Shown here: in pieces, positions 1-8,724 of the stretch
How positions within the stretch are numbered: position 1 is the stretch's first letter
Layout of the letters: each line of letters starts with the position of its first letter
NCBI GenBank assembly: GCA_031554055.1
Contig: JAVBKL010000002.1
Coordinates: 1 to 14,159 of the forward strand
Direction: 5' to 3'
Origin: Eubacteriales bacterium
GTDB taxonomy: Bacteria; Bacillota; Clostridia; Lachnospirales; JAVBKL01
Length of the DNA: 14,159 nucleotides
Program-made: the position numbers and the translations under genes
The notes under the pieces: model-generated
Databases searched by the model: none
Told to the model about the DNA's origin: nothing
Seen by the model: the letters and a program-made list of their open reading frames with translations, nothing else

Positions 1-88
1 TCCATTTGCAATCATTTTAGTTTCGGGACTTTATCTTTGTTCTCTCGTAGTCAAAGATGAAAGTTTAAGTGGAAATTAAACTCCACAC

Positions 89-126
89 AAAAAACGAGCT
101 TTCCCCATGGGGTAAACTCGTTTTTT
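89..126. terminator. Bidirectional rho-independent terminator downstream of the flotillin operon
   Basis: Inverted repeat aaaaaacgag...ctcgtttttt with an inner cccc-atgg-gggg palindrome. An A-tract lies on one side and a T-tract on the other, immediately after the minus-strand stop at 150-152. Confidence 0.6.
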
Positions 127-149
127 GTGTCGTTCTCCTTATTCAGGTC

Positions 150-1523
150 TTAGTAAGCTTTTTCCTTCTTCGGAGAAATAAACGACGGCATATCAAGCCC
201 CGCCATGCTATAAATGTCGCTGAGTGGAGGGAGGGATTTTAACAACCCAGAAGCAAAGTTTGCGGTTTGGGTTTTGCCGTTTTCTGTGTTGCCGCCGTCC
301 CAAACAGTAACTTTATCAATTTTAAGATTCGAAATTGCTTTTGCCTGTACATCAACTATATCTTGCAACTTGTCAGTGATCATCATTTTAACAGCACCGT
401 CAACATCGCCGTTTGCCGCTGTGATAATTTGCAACATACCAGCCGCTTGTGCACGAAGAATTGCTTCGGTACCACGGGCTTCTGCTTCCATTTTTGCATA
501 CAACGCATCGGCTTCGCCTCGTGCCACACGTCTGGTTTGCTCGGCGGTTGCTTCGGCTTCAATCTCGAGTTGTCTTTTTTCGATTTCGGCTTTTACGATG
601 ATATTGGCTTCGTAGGTAGCCTTTTCACGTTCGGCACGAACAAGCTCGGCACTTTTTTCTGCGGAATATGCTTCTGCAAGAGCTTGAGCGGCTTGCACTT
701 TTTCGGAGGCATTCGCACGTTTTTCGGCTTCGGCTTCTCTCTCACGCAAGGTTGCGTTTGAACTTGCAATTTCCATTTGTGCTTCGTTCTCGCCTTTTAC
801 TGCGATGGAGTTTGCCACACTCACTCGCACCCTCTGGTCTTTTTGGGCTTCGGCTTGTCCGACGGTACCGTCACGGTCTTTTTCTGCAACAGAACGTTTT
901 GCATCATTGATTGCTTGTGCAGCCGCTTCTTTTCCGAGTGCTTCGATGTATCCGGATTCATCAGAAATATCTGTCACGTTTACGTTGATAAGTCTTAAAC
1001 CAATTTTTTTGAGTTCGGATTCCACGTTGAGCGAAACGGCCTCTAAAAACTTTTCACGGTTGGTATTGATTTCTTCAATGTCCATAGTGGCAACCACCAA
1101 ACGAAGTTGACCGAACAAAATATCTTTCGCAAGTTCTTGCACATCGGAATGTTTAAGTCCTAAAAGTCTTTCTGCCGCATTTTGAATCACGCCAGTCTCG
1201 GTGGAGATACCAACTGTAAATCTTGAAGGTACATCAATACGGATATTTTGGCGGGACAATGCACTTTTTAAATCAACTTGAATGGAGATTGGTGTTAAAT
1301 CCAAATATTCGTAAGCTTGAATAACCGGCCAAATAAATGCGGCACCACCGTGAATACATTTCGAACTGCGTGTGGAACCATCGTGGCTGTTTCCGACTTT
1401 TCCATAAATGACCAAGACTTGATCGGACGGACATTTTCTGTAACGAGAGAGAAACAGAATGATTGTTCCAAAAAATAGAACGACGATAATGACAATGATG
1501 GCTAAAGCAATTTCAAAACCCAT
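150..1523 (-). CDS. floT: Flotillin-like SPFH/band-7 domain membrane protein (FloT/YuaG/YqiK family)
   Basis: N-terminal TM helix, then an SPFH domain, then a long Ala/Glu/Lys-rich coiled-coil with EA-repeat character (AEAEKRANASEKVQAAQALAEAY...). It sits directly downstream of an NfeD gene, the classic yuaF-floT arrangement. Two in-frame ATGs occur at 1529 and 1523. The SD aagggg is 9 nt from 1523 but only 3 nt from 1529, so 1523 is preferred. Confidence 0.85.
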   Translation of the reverse strand: MGFEIALAIIVIIVVLFFGTIILFLSRYRKCPSDQVLVIYGKVGNSHDGSTRSSKCIHGGAAFIWPVIQAYEYLDLTPISIQVDLKSALSRQNIRIDVPSRFTVGISTETGVIQNAAERLLGLKHSDVQELAKDILFGQLRLVVATMDIEEINTNREKFLEAVSLNVESELKKIGLRLINVNVTDISDESGYIEALGKEAAAQAINDAKRSVAEKDRDGTVGQAEAQKDQRVRVSVANSIAVKGENEAQMEIASSNATLREREAEAEKRANASEKVQAAQALAEAYSAEKSAELVRAEREKATYEANIIVKAEIEKRQLEIEAEATAEQTRRVARGEADALYAKMEAEARGTEAILRAQAAGMLQIITAANGDVDGAVKMMITDKLQDIVDVQAKAISNLKIDKVTVWDGGNTENGKTQTANFASGLLKSLPPLSDIYSMAGLDMPSFISPKKEKAY

Positions 1524-1553
1524 GCACATACACCCCTTTTAATTTTTTTAATT

Positions 1554-2141
1554 TTAGTTTTTCTCGACAACTAAAATATTATTTTCTAAAATGTCAGTTA
1601 CTCGCACGCTAGCGCCTGTTGGAATAGCCTCTAGGTCATTGGTAACTGCAGAGAACTCTGTTAAACGTTCTTGGATAATTAAATTTACCTTTCCTTTGCC
1701 TTTGTTGCTTGCAGGAATTGTTAAATAGACTTCTGCTGTTTCTCCCAGTGCTCTTTTAATTTGCAAGTTTCCAGAGTGTTGTAATGAGATAAGCCATTTA
1801 ATTAAGTAAGCAATCGCAATGAGTGCAATAAAACCGAGTAAAGTAGATAATATTAATGTGATAAGTTTAGGCATACCAGATTGTGAAATGATCAGTCCAC
1901 TTAGTCCAAAGGTGCTTGTAAAAGCTAAGATTCCTCGGACAGAAAACAATTTAAGTCCAGCATCTAAATGGTCAGTGTGCCCCCCAACATCGTCAGGAAC
2001 ATCGAAGTCAGAATCGGAGTCGCTGCCGCCAAGTCCAAAAATTAGTCCAATGGTTTGAATTGTAAGAATAAGAATTGAAGGTGCTGCAATGACTGCAAAA
2101 ACTTGTTCAAGAAAATCTAAAGACGACCACCAATTTACCAT
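1554..2141 (-). CDS. NfeD-family membrane protein (YuaF-like), flotillin partner
   Basis: 195 aa with N-terminal TM helices and a C-terminal beta-rich OB-like segment typical of NfeD. RBS aagggag lies about 7 nt upstream of the ATG. Stop is 24 nt before the flotillin start. Confidence 0.75.
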   Translation of the reverse strand: MVNWWSSLDFLEQVFAVIAAPSILILTIQTIGLIFGLGGSDSDSDFDVPDDVGGHTDHLDAGLKLFSVRGILAFTSTFGLSGLIISQSGMPKLITLILSTLLGFIALIAIAYLIKWLISLQHSGNLQIKRALGETAEVYLTIPASNKGKGKVNLIIQERLTEFSAVTNDLEAIPTGASVRVTDILENNILVVEKN

Positions 2142-2231
2142 TCGCTCACTCCCTTGAGGTAATTAATATTTACCCTAAGTATAAGTCAAAGATAATAAAA
2201 TGTCAATAGAAGAAAGAAATTTGAAAACATA

Positions 2232-2260
2232 TTGAAATATCTTTTGACAGATGATATACT
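2232..2260 (+). promoter_or_regulatory. Sigma-A type promoter for the XRE regulator
   Basis: TTGAAA at 2232-2237, a 17-nt spacer, TG at 2252-2253 (extended -10), then TATACT at 2255-2260. RBS gaggtg is 5 nt before ATG 2311. Confidence 0.5.
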
Positions 2261-2310
2261 AGGGTAAATACAAGTTACTAAAACTAATTTCGGGTAATCG
2301 AGGTGAACAT

Positions 2311-2937
2311 ATGAATCTAGGTCAGAGAATTAAAGAAGCAAGGATTCAAAAGCAAATGACGCAAAAAGACTTGGTAGGGGATTACATCACGAGAAACATG
2401 CTATCGAAGATTGAAAACAACAACGCATTTCCCTCAATTAAAACACTTGAATATATTGCGACCCAATTGGAATTATCCATTAAGGAACTTTTGGAAGTAG
2501 GTGACAGCACCGAAAACCCAGATACAAATTTTAGAGACTTGGCAGAATCATTGATACTTGCTTGTGAGTATGGCATCGAGAACGGTACAAGTTTTGAGGC
2601 CGAGCTTGTGCGGTTAAGGGACTTGGTGTCTCCTGTTTTGTTTGGCTATCTGCTGTTGGAAGCCAAGATTGCGGTAACAGGACAAAATCACCAAAGGGCT
2701 AAAGATATTTTGCAAGTCATGGAAACGAGCAACGTAAAGAAAAATATTTTGCTTGCGGATATTGCAATGATTGAAAAAAGATTTGATGATGCAATCGAAT
2801 TTCTTTTGCCGTGCACAGGCAATTTAAACGACACGGAACTTGAGTATTCACGATTGATTTATGCAAAGCTCGAACAATGCTACATTGCGGTGGAAGATTA
2901 TAAGAATGCGTACAACTACGCTAAGCTACAAAAATAG
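2311..2937 (+). CDS. XRE-family HTH transcriptional regulator with a roughly 140-aa helical C-terminal domain
   Basis: N-terminal Cro/C1-type HTH (MTQKDLVGDYITRNMLSKIENN...P). The rest is predicted helical. It is divergent from the nfeD-floT operon. Confidence 0.75.
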   Translation: MNLGQRIKEARIQKQMTQKDLVGDYITRNMLSKIENNNAFPSIKTLEYIATQLELSIKELLEVGDSTENPDTNFRDLAESLILACEYGIENGTSFEAELVRLRDLVSPVLFGYLLLEAKIAVTGQNHQRAKDILQVMETSNVKKNILLADIAMIEKRFDDAIEFLLPCTGNLNDTELEYSRLIYAKLEQCYIAVEDYKNAYNYAKLQK

Positions 2938-2940
2938 AAA

Positions 2941-2979
2941 AAAACACAGGGAGTCGGATTATTCGACTCCCTGTGTTTT
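2941..2979. terminator. Bidirectional terminator shared by convergent genes
   Basis: aaaacacagggagtcg / gattatt / cgactccctgtgtttt, a 14-16 bp stem flanked by A7 and T5. The stop codon of the minus-strand TPR gene (2959-2961) lies in the loop. Confidence 0.7.
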
Positions 2980-3807
2980 TGCGTGCAGAGATTTTAACTG
3001 CTGCTCAATCTGTTCCGTTGTAACGGTGTTCAGTGCCGATATATTACACCGACTGGCTTTGTTCAAATATTCCGCCGCTTTTTGGTCATCGCCGTTTTGC
3101 TCTTCGAGTAGTCCAAGATAATAGTAGCTGTCAACCAAATTGCTGTTAAACTCAATTGCTTTAAGAAAAGCGGCCTTTGCTTCTTCTAGCTCGTTCTTTT
3201 GGTAATGAATTTGCCCAAGGTTATCCCAAGCGGCGCCAGAACTCGGCGATTCTTCAATTGCTTTTGTTGTAAGCGTATGGGCCTCTTCAAAATTGCCTTT
3301 CAGTAAATACATATAACCAAGCGTGGTCAACACATGGCAGTTTACGTAGTCGAACTTCGTTTTAAGCTCCTCTAACACTTCAATTGCACGGTCAACATCA
3401 CCAATCACCCAATAGCAACTGCCCATAGTGAGCAACACATTTTTTTCAACCATAATGCTTGGTTCCAAAGTAAGTGCTTTCTGCAAATGGGGGAGTGCAT
3501 CGGTGCCGTTTCCAGCCTTCACCAAAATGATGGCTTGGTTGAGGTAAATCGTCGGATTTTTTGTGTTACGTTTGATTGCGGTTTTAAAGATTTTTTCCGC
3601 AACATCAATCCTACCGTTTGCAAAATTAAAGTTACCGATGTACCCAACAATATCGTCACGGCTAGATACGGCAAGAATTAAGAAGAAGCCGAGGTAAGCC
3701 AGAAACAAATAGTAAAAAGGATAGTGCTGAATAAAAATGATATACACGAAAGCGACAATGAAAAAGACCAATGCGATGTAGAACTTCAAATGCTTTTTCG
3801 GTTTCAT
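2959..3807 (-). CDS. TPR-repeat membrane protein
   Basis: Two N-terminal TM segments followed by multiple TPR-like repeats (AWDNLGQIHYQKNELEEAKAAFLKAIE...). I chose the start at Met MKPKKHLKF because an RBS agagggg lies 8 nt upstream and the track's longer start would overlap fliS. The stop of the upstream gene is 14 nt before it. Confidence 0.65.
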   Translation of the reverse strand: MKPKKHLKFYIALVFFIVAFVYIIFIQHYPFYYLFLAYLGFFLILAVSSRDDIVGYIGNFNFANGRIDVAEKIFKTAIKRNTKNPTIYLNQAIILVKAGNGTDALPHLQKALTLEPSIMVEKNVLLTMGSCYWVIGDVDRAIEVLEELKTKFDYVNCHVLTTLGYMYLLKGNFEEAHTLTTKAIEESPSSGAAWDNLGQIHYQKNELEEAKAAFLKAIEFNSNLVDSYYYLGLLEEQNGDDQKAAEYLNKASRCNISALNTVTTEQIEQQLKSLHAKTQGVE

Positions 3808-3820
3808 CTCAACGACCCCT

Positions 3821-4288
3821 CTACGCCTTGAAACTCTTTTGGGTGTCCTCGGCAATGTATTCTTGCAACTCGCCACGCCCATAAGTTAAGCCGGCATAAA
3901 TGGTTTGGGATTTCTCCATAAGTGGTGTTGGGTTCTCTTCGTTTTTAGCCACTTCTTGCCAACCCTCGAGCAATGGCGTTAAAATCTTTTTCACATCAGA
4001 AAGCCCCTCGGTTCTGCCGGAGACTTTCGCCTGAATCAAAAGTTTGTTTACATAAATATAAAGTGGGAAGAGCGTGCGGCTTAGTTCGTATTTCATATCA
4101 AGAGAATCGATTAAAGTGCCGAGCAAATCAACAGCAACGCCCAGCGGTTTAGCAAATTCGGCTTGGTTCCCCTGTGCGGCAACAGCGTCGTCTACATTCT
4201 TAAAAATTAATTCGTAAGTGATGGCAATTAGATTTACTTTGCTCGCACTCGAAATACGAGCTACAAAGTCTGCATTTGTAAGTTTCAT
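3821..4288 (-). CDS. fliS: Flagellar export chaperone FliS
   Basis: 155 aa. The FliS pattern ...SLD..YELS..L..LY.Y....L.QA.........L..LLEGW... aligns with Bacillus FliS. RBS GGAGG precedes the start. It is located in a flagellin locus. Confidence 0.7.
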   Translation of the reverse strand: MKLTNADFVARISSASKVNLIAITYELIFKNVDDAVAAQGNQAEFAKPLGVAVDLLGTLIDSLDMKYELSRTLFPLYIYVNKLLIQAKVSGRTEGLSDVKKILTPLLEGWQEVAKNEENPTPLMEKSQTIYAGLTYGRGELQEYIAEDTQKSFKA

Positions 4289-4398
4289 TTCGTACCTCCA
4301 TTTTTGTTTTTATGATCGGTTTCATCAACATATTTAACTACAGCGGAAATCAGTGTGAGCAGTTCGCTCGAAAGTTTTTTATCCTTGTTCGCTGGCAT
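4285..4398 (-). CDS. Unannotated 37-aa ORF translationally coupled to fliS
   Basis: Encodes MPANKDKKLSSELLTLISAVVKYVDETDHKNKNGGTK. RBS aaagggg lies 8 nt upstream. Its TGA overlaps the fliS ATG (ATGA). It fills the 124-nt gap between the 1088-aa gene and fliS. Confidence 0.35.
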   Translation of the reverse strand: MPANKDKKLSSELLTLISAVVKYVDETDHKNKNGGTK

Positions 4399-4412
4399 GA
4401 CTAAACCCCTTT

Positions 4413-7400
4413 TTATATCGTGGCTTCATATTCAGACGCTTGGTACGGCGTATAATCTACTTGGTTTTTGACGGTTTCTGGCAAGTCGTTTACAAGAGCT
4501 TTCTCTGTGAAAACGATGGAGTCTGCGTGAAACCCAGATTCACGGATATAGGCAACGAGGCTTGCTTCGTTATCCTTTAATAACTTGGACGCACCCACTT
4601 TGTCGGTGCTGATTTCAAGCTGAACAGCGTCTTTGTCTCGTTTTAAGAAAACAGAAACGTTTCCAATTGTGTCTGTGTTGAGCGACATAATCAAATCAGA
4701 AGTTTGCTTTTTGGATACGTTTTCATCAACGATGTACATATTTAAGTTTGCAATTTTGTCGGTCAGCTTAATGGGGATTTGCAAACGGTTGTTCTCTTCG
4801 TGTTGTTCAAAGTGCCGTCCCACTTGGACTGAATTTTGAACCAGCTCAAGTTCTTCAAGCAAGCTCCTAGACGTAACGTTCTGCTTTAAGTCTTCAAGCT
4901 GTGCAGAAACAGAGTCCAAAATATCGATGGTGCTGTTGCCCAATTTTAATTCAGCAAGATCCGCACTTGGTAGCTCCAACTCAAACTCGTCGTCTTCGTG
5001 TTTTAAATCTCGCTCAAGTTTATCAAGAGATTTCCCCATCGTAAAAGAGTCTTTAAGAAGCATTTGCATGGCTTGAATATTGGAAAGTGTTGTGGGCATT
5101 TGTCCACGCTGCATAAAATTGATGATGGTTGGCGGCGTGTTTAACGTATCCGTAATTTTCTTAAACGCCTGTTCCAATCTCTCATCGGAAATGGACTCTT
5201 TGTGGTCGAGGTTGGCAAGTTCAAGCTGTTCTGCCGCTTCTTCAATCAAAAGCTCTTTGGCAGGACGTTCGTTATTTGTTTTGGTCTTAAACAATTCAGT
5301 TACGGCATGGGGTGTTGCTTCTGCCGCCATTTTCTCAATAACGAGTGAATTGTATTCAAACTCGGACAATTTCTTAGCAGGGAAACTCTCTATTCGGCTT
5401 CTGATGTTTGAATCAAACGGACGCTCCAAAGCACCAAAGTTATCATCGACCGAAATATTATAATCGGCTTTGCCATGCTTGGATTTTTGATAAAACTTGG
5501 CGTCGTTCATTAAATCGCCAAGCTTGAGGTTTGAACCGTACTTTAAACTGATTCCGAGCGAAACGTTGTTGTCCTTTTGGATAATGTTCAGCATTCTGTA
5601 AAAATCTATCATGGACTCACGCTCGTCTTTCGTGAGGGTCTTTGTATCATCTAAATTTTTTATGCACTCATAAATATTATCAGACACGGACACGCCATGT
5701 TTTTCGTCCCATTCATAAATATAATTCAGAACATCGTCCACTTTCATTTCACGAGGGTTAAGCCCTTCTTTAATCATTTGTGCCGCAATATTTGGGTGTA
5801 GCTTATTTTGAATGGAGGACATTTTTGAATCAAGAATTTTAATTTCTGTTAAGTTTGCATCGGTCACGTCCAGATTGCTCTTTGATAAAATGGATGCGGC
5901 TTTTACATTTTCAGAAGTAGGGGTGATGCCCATATCTTCCAGAAATTTCGAAAACTGTGCTTCGACCTTCTTAAAGGAATCGCCGTGCTTAGGGTTTGCC
6001 ACGGTTTCAAACCGCTCATAGTCTTTGAGCAAACGGTTGGAGCGAACATTATCAGCAATGGCCCTTACCGTAAACGGAACAGCCTTGCTTAACAACTGGG
6101 CAAACAAATTGTTTTGTTGTGTCTGTGAATCTTTTAAATCTTTATATAAATTGTTTATTTTCGCTATGTTTTCGGGGCTGTCATCGGCGTTCATGGCACG
6201 AAGACTCGACGAATAATCTGCGTTTTGCTCAAGGCTTTCGAGTTTTGCAATGGCTTGTGCAAGAGGCAGGTTTAAGATGTTATCTTTTTTGGAGGACATT
6301 CTTTGCGCGGCTTCATACGTGAGCTTTAACTGAATGTCAACGAGCTGCTTTTTTGCAATGGCAACTTCTTCGGTTTTGGTGGTATCAACCGCTATTTTTT
6401 CAGATACCACAAGTTTCTCTTTAAGCGATTGTGTTAAATTCTCAATGGTCGGCTTCTGGTTCTTATTTAAAATAAATTCAATATGTGATGCTGTAATAAA
6501 TGGAATGTCTTTGATTGCGTTTTCATACTGAATCGGTAGGCTCTTTGTGTCTACAGGCACATTTGAAACGCTTTTATCAAATTTTATATTTTGTGCCGCA
6601 CCCCTTAAAATATCTTGTACATTCAAATGCGACTTTAAATTTCTTAGAAAAATAACTTTTTCCACATTGGGTTGTGTAACAGGGGTTTCGTTCTCTATTA
6701 AAAGTTTTGCCGCACTAACGGTTTCATCGGTCTTTTCGATTCCCTCACGGTCAAAAACTTTGTTGATTTCTGGGTCAAGTGCCTTCCAAGTTTCTGGGGG
6801 AAGCTTTTCCTTTGCTTGAAAACTAGAGGATGTATGTTTGGCTAAATATATATTTTCAACAGTCAGAGATTTCTCTTCTTTAACAAGTTGTGCAATCGTT
6901 TCGTCGTCTGGGCTCTGGATTTCCTTGAGCTTGAACACGACGGTGTCGAGGGACTTAATGTTTTTATCTGTCGGTGGCAACCCCTCGCTCGACAAAGCTT
7001 TTACGATTGCTTTGTTCTTGCTTGTGTTTTTTACAGGTAAGTTGTTCTCTTCGAGATATTGGTTTATCATTTTATCGAGCTCGTCTGGCGAAACTTGTGA
7101 GGTTGGCTTTGACTGTATTTCTTTCATAACGGAGTTTAAAACGCTTAGGCTTATTTTTTCAAGGGTAACACCGCTCGCCAAAAGCTCTTTTAAGGCACTT
7201 CGGCTCATGTTGTTGCTTACATAACGAACTTGCCGTTTGATTTTTGAGATGGCTTCCATTTCTTTCATTTTAAGGTCTTTGTCTTGTGCCTTTGGGTCGT
7301 CTTCGGTGATTAAATTATTCTTTTTAAACATTTCTTTTAAGTCGACGTTGGAACGTTTTTTCTCAATTGCCTTGGCAATGTCTGTGCTTTCACGAGTAAT

Positions 7401-7679
7401 TTGTTTCAGTTCGATTCCGTCGCCTGTTTTTTTAACCACTTGAAATTGCAGTTCTTCGCCGACTTGACCAGTTATTTTGTCATTGTCTGCTTCAAACTGG
7501 TAATTGTCTTTTGTGGCTAGCATCGTTTTGGTATCAGTTTTTTTAGTGACGGTTGCAGAAATTATTTGCCCAAGTTCAAGAGCGATCTTGTTTTTTTCTT
7601 TGTCCTGAACTTTTTTTGGTGCAATTGAGCTGGGTAATTGCGAATTGTTAATTTGAAAAGAACTGTTCAATTGCAGCAC
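4413..7679 (-). CDS. Large Lys/Glu-rich protein with a FliK-like (Flg_hook) C-terminal domain
   Basis: 1088 aa with a GTG start and an SD aagga. The C-terminal about 100 aa (LQIPIKLTDKIANLNMYIVDENVSKKQTSDLIMSLNTDTIGNVSVFLKRDKDAVQLEISTDKVGASKLLKDNEASLVAYIRESGFHADSIVF) fits the hook-length-control C-terminal motif L.P..LG.V.V...........A..L......L...G. The rest is low-complexity and extended. Confidence 0.45.
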   Translation of the reverse strand: MLQLNSSFQINNSQLPSSIAPKKVQDKEKNKIALELGQIISATVTKKTDTKTMLATKDNYQFEADNDKITGQVGEELQFQVVKKTGDGIELKQITRESTDIAKAIEKKRSNVDLKEMFKKNNLITEDDPKAQDKDLKMKEMEAISKIKRQVRYVSNNMSRSALKELLASGVTLEKISLSVLNSVMKEIQSKPTSQVSPDELDKMINQYLEENNLPVKNTSKNKAIVKALSSEGLPPTDKNIKSLDTVVFKLKEIQSPDDETIAQLVKEEKSLTVENIYLAKHTSSSFQAKEKLPPETWKALDPEINKVFDREGIEKTDETVSAAKLLIENETPVTQPNVEKVIFLRNLKSHLNVQDILRGAAQNIKFDKSVSNVPVDTKSLPIQYENAIKDIPFITASHIEFILNKNQKPTIENLTQSLKEKLVVSEKIAVDTTKTEEVAIAKKQLVDIQLKLTYEAAQRMSSKKDNILNLPLAQAIAKLESLEQNADYSSSLRAMNADDSPENIAKINNLYKDLKDSQTQQNNLFAQLLSKAVPFTVRAIADNVRSNRLLKDYERFETVANPKHGDSFKKVEAQFSKFLEDMGITPTSENVKAASILSKSNLDVTDANLTEIKILDSKMSSIQNKLHPNIAAQMIKEGLNPREMKVDDVLNYIYEWDEKHGVSVSDNIYECIKNLDDTKTLTKDERESMIDFYRMLNIIQKDNNVSLGISLKYGSNLKLGDLMNDAKFYQKSKHGKADYNISVDDNFGALERPFDSNIRSRIESFPAKKLSEFEYNSLVIEKMAAEATPHAVTELFKTKTNNERPAKELLIEEAAEQLELANLDHKESISDERLEQAFKKITDTLNTPPTIINFMQRGQMPTTLSNIQAMQMLLKDSFTMGKSLDKLERDLKHEDDEFELELPSADLAELKLGNSTIDILDSVSAQLEDLKQNVTSRSLLEELELVQNSVQVGRHFEQHEENNRLQIPIKLTDKIANLNMYIVDENVSKKQTSDLIMSLNTDTIGNVSVFLKRDKDAVQLEISTDKVGASKLLKDNEASLVAYIRESGFHADSIVFTEKALVNDLPETVKNQVDYTPYQASEYEATI

Positions 7680-7717
7680 ACCTTTCCTTGTTTGTTTAAC
7701 TTGCGTCTGGTTGTATC

Positions 7718-7753
7718 ATATAAAAACGACGATGGCAATGCCAACGCCGTTTT
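7718..7753 (-). terminator. Rho-independent terminator after flagellin
   Basis: On the minus strand: acggcgttggc / att / gccatcgtcgt followed by ttttt, starting 22 nt after the flagellin stop. Confidence 0.5.
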
Positions 7754-7774
7754 ACTTTGTGCTAGAGGGAACTG

Positions 7775-8617
7775 TTATTGCAACAATTGAATTATGTTCT
7801 GAGGTGTTTGGTTTGCTTGGGCCATAATGGAAGTTGCTGTTTGTGTTAACACAGACAACCTTGAATACTCCGCCATTTCTCCTGCCATGTCCGTGTCAAA
7901 AATTCTTGACAAGGATTCAGAAGTTGAGGTCGAGGCTTGGGCTAAGTTATTTACGGTATGCTCCAAGCGGTTTTGATACGCACCGATTCTTGCACGGTAC
8001 TCGGATAACCTAGTAAGTGCTTCGTCTGCGGCAACAAGAGCCGTCTGGGGGTTTGTCACTACGTTAAGAGGGTTTGCCGAACTTTCATCCGTGTTTAATT
8101 TTAAAAGCTCACTGGATATTTTAGGCAAATTTACTTTTAGGCTAAGCCCTTTGTTTGAGCCAACGTGAAAAACAAGTTGCAAATCGCTGTTTTCTTCGTA
8201 GCCGCCGTCAAGAAGCTTAATTTTGTTAAAGTCAGATTTTCCAACCATTTCGTCAATCTCTTTGGATAACTGATCCACTTCAATTTGAATCGTTTCACGG
8301 TCTTCTGTTGTGTTCGTGTCGTTGGCCGCTTGGATACTTAACTCACGAACTCGTTGGACAATGTTTTGAATTTCGTTCAAACCACCGTCGGCAGTTTGAA
8401 GCACAGAGATTCCGTTAGATGCGTTTTGTCCCGCTTTGTCGATGCCTTGGGTTTGCATACGCAATGAGTTTGCGATTGCCAAGTTGGCAGCATTATCAGA
8501 AGCAGATTTTATTTTCACACCACTCGAAATGCGAGCAGAAGTTTTCACCATGCTGTTGTCGCTACGAGCGAGTGCATTATACGCATTTAATGAAGAACCG
8601 TTGTAGCTGATTTTCAT
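7775..8617 (-). CDS. fliC: Flagellin (D0-D1 only, 280 aa)
   Basis: Conserved flagellin N-domain (GISVLQTADGGLNEIQNIVQRVRELSIQAANDTNT...) and C-domain (RARIGAYQNRLEHTVNNL...AQANQTPQNIIQLLQ). RBS AAGGAG is 7 nt before the ATG. Confidence 0.9.
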   Translation of the reverse strand: MKISYNGSSLNAYNALARSDNSMVKTSARISSGVKIKSASDNAANLAIANSLRMQTQGIDKAGQNASNGISVLQTADGGLNEIQNIVQRVRELSIQAANDTNTTEDRETIQIEVDQLSKEIDEMVGKSDFNKIKLLDGGYEENSDLQLVFHVGSNKGLSLKVNLPKISSELLKLNTDESSANPLNVVTNPQTALVAADEALTRLSEYRARIGAYQNRLEHTVNNLAQASTSTSESLSRIFDTDMAGEMAEYSRLSVLTQTATSIMAQANQTPQNIIQLLQ

Positions 8618-8724
8618 ATCAACACTCCTTACAGTTTTAGTCTAAATCACTTTATACACAGTATTAATCGTAAAATTCAACAAAAAACATTAGAGCAAGT
8701 TTGCATTTCACAGATTTATAGCCC

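Noticed and set aside
1-149. Possible 3' end of a plus-strand gene running into the window start
   Set aside because: No frame is open across the first 60 nt without stops (tag at 17-19, taa near 66-68). There is too little sequence to call anything.
214-1110. Several plus-strand ORFs of 73-164 aa (214-615, 267-761, 668-910, 777-998, 805-1110), plus 1295-1495 on the minus strand, inside the flotillin gene
   Set aside because: They lie entirely within a well-supported SPFH/flotillin CDS and have low-complexity, Cys/Phe-rich translations typical of antisense or off-frame ORFs. The same reasoning applies to the small internal ORFs in the 1088-aa gene, sdaAA/AB, the hydrolase and the regulator, for example 8708-8941 and 9143-9463.
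8618-8724. Sigma-D (sigma-28) promoter upstream of flagellin
   Set aside because: I searched for TAAA-N15-GCCGATAT. Only a partial CGATTAAT-like -10 was found, with no properly spaced TAAA. I could not support a call.
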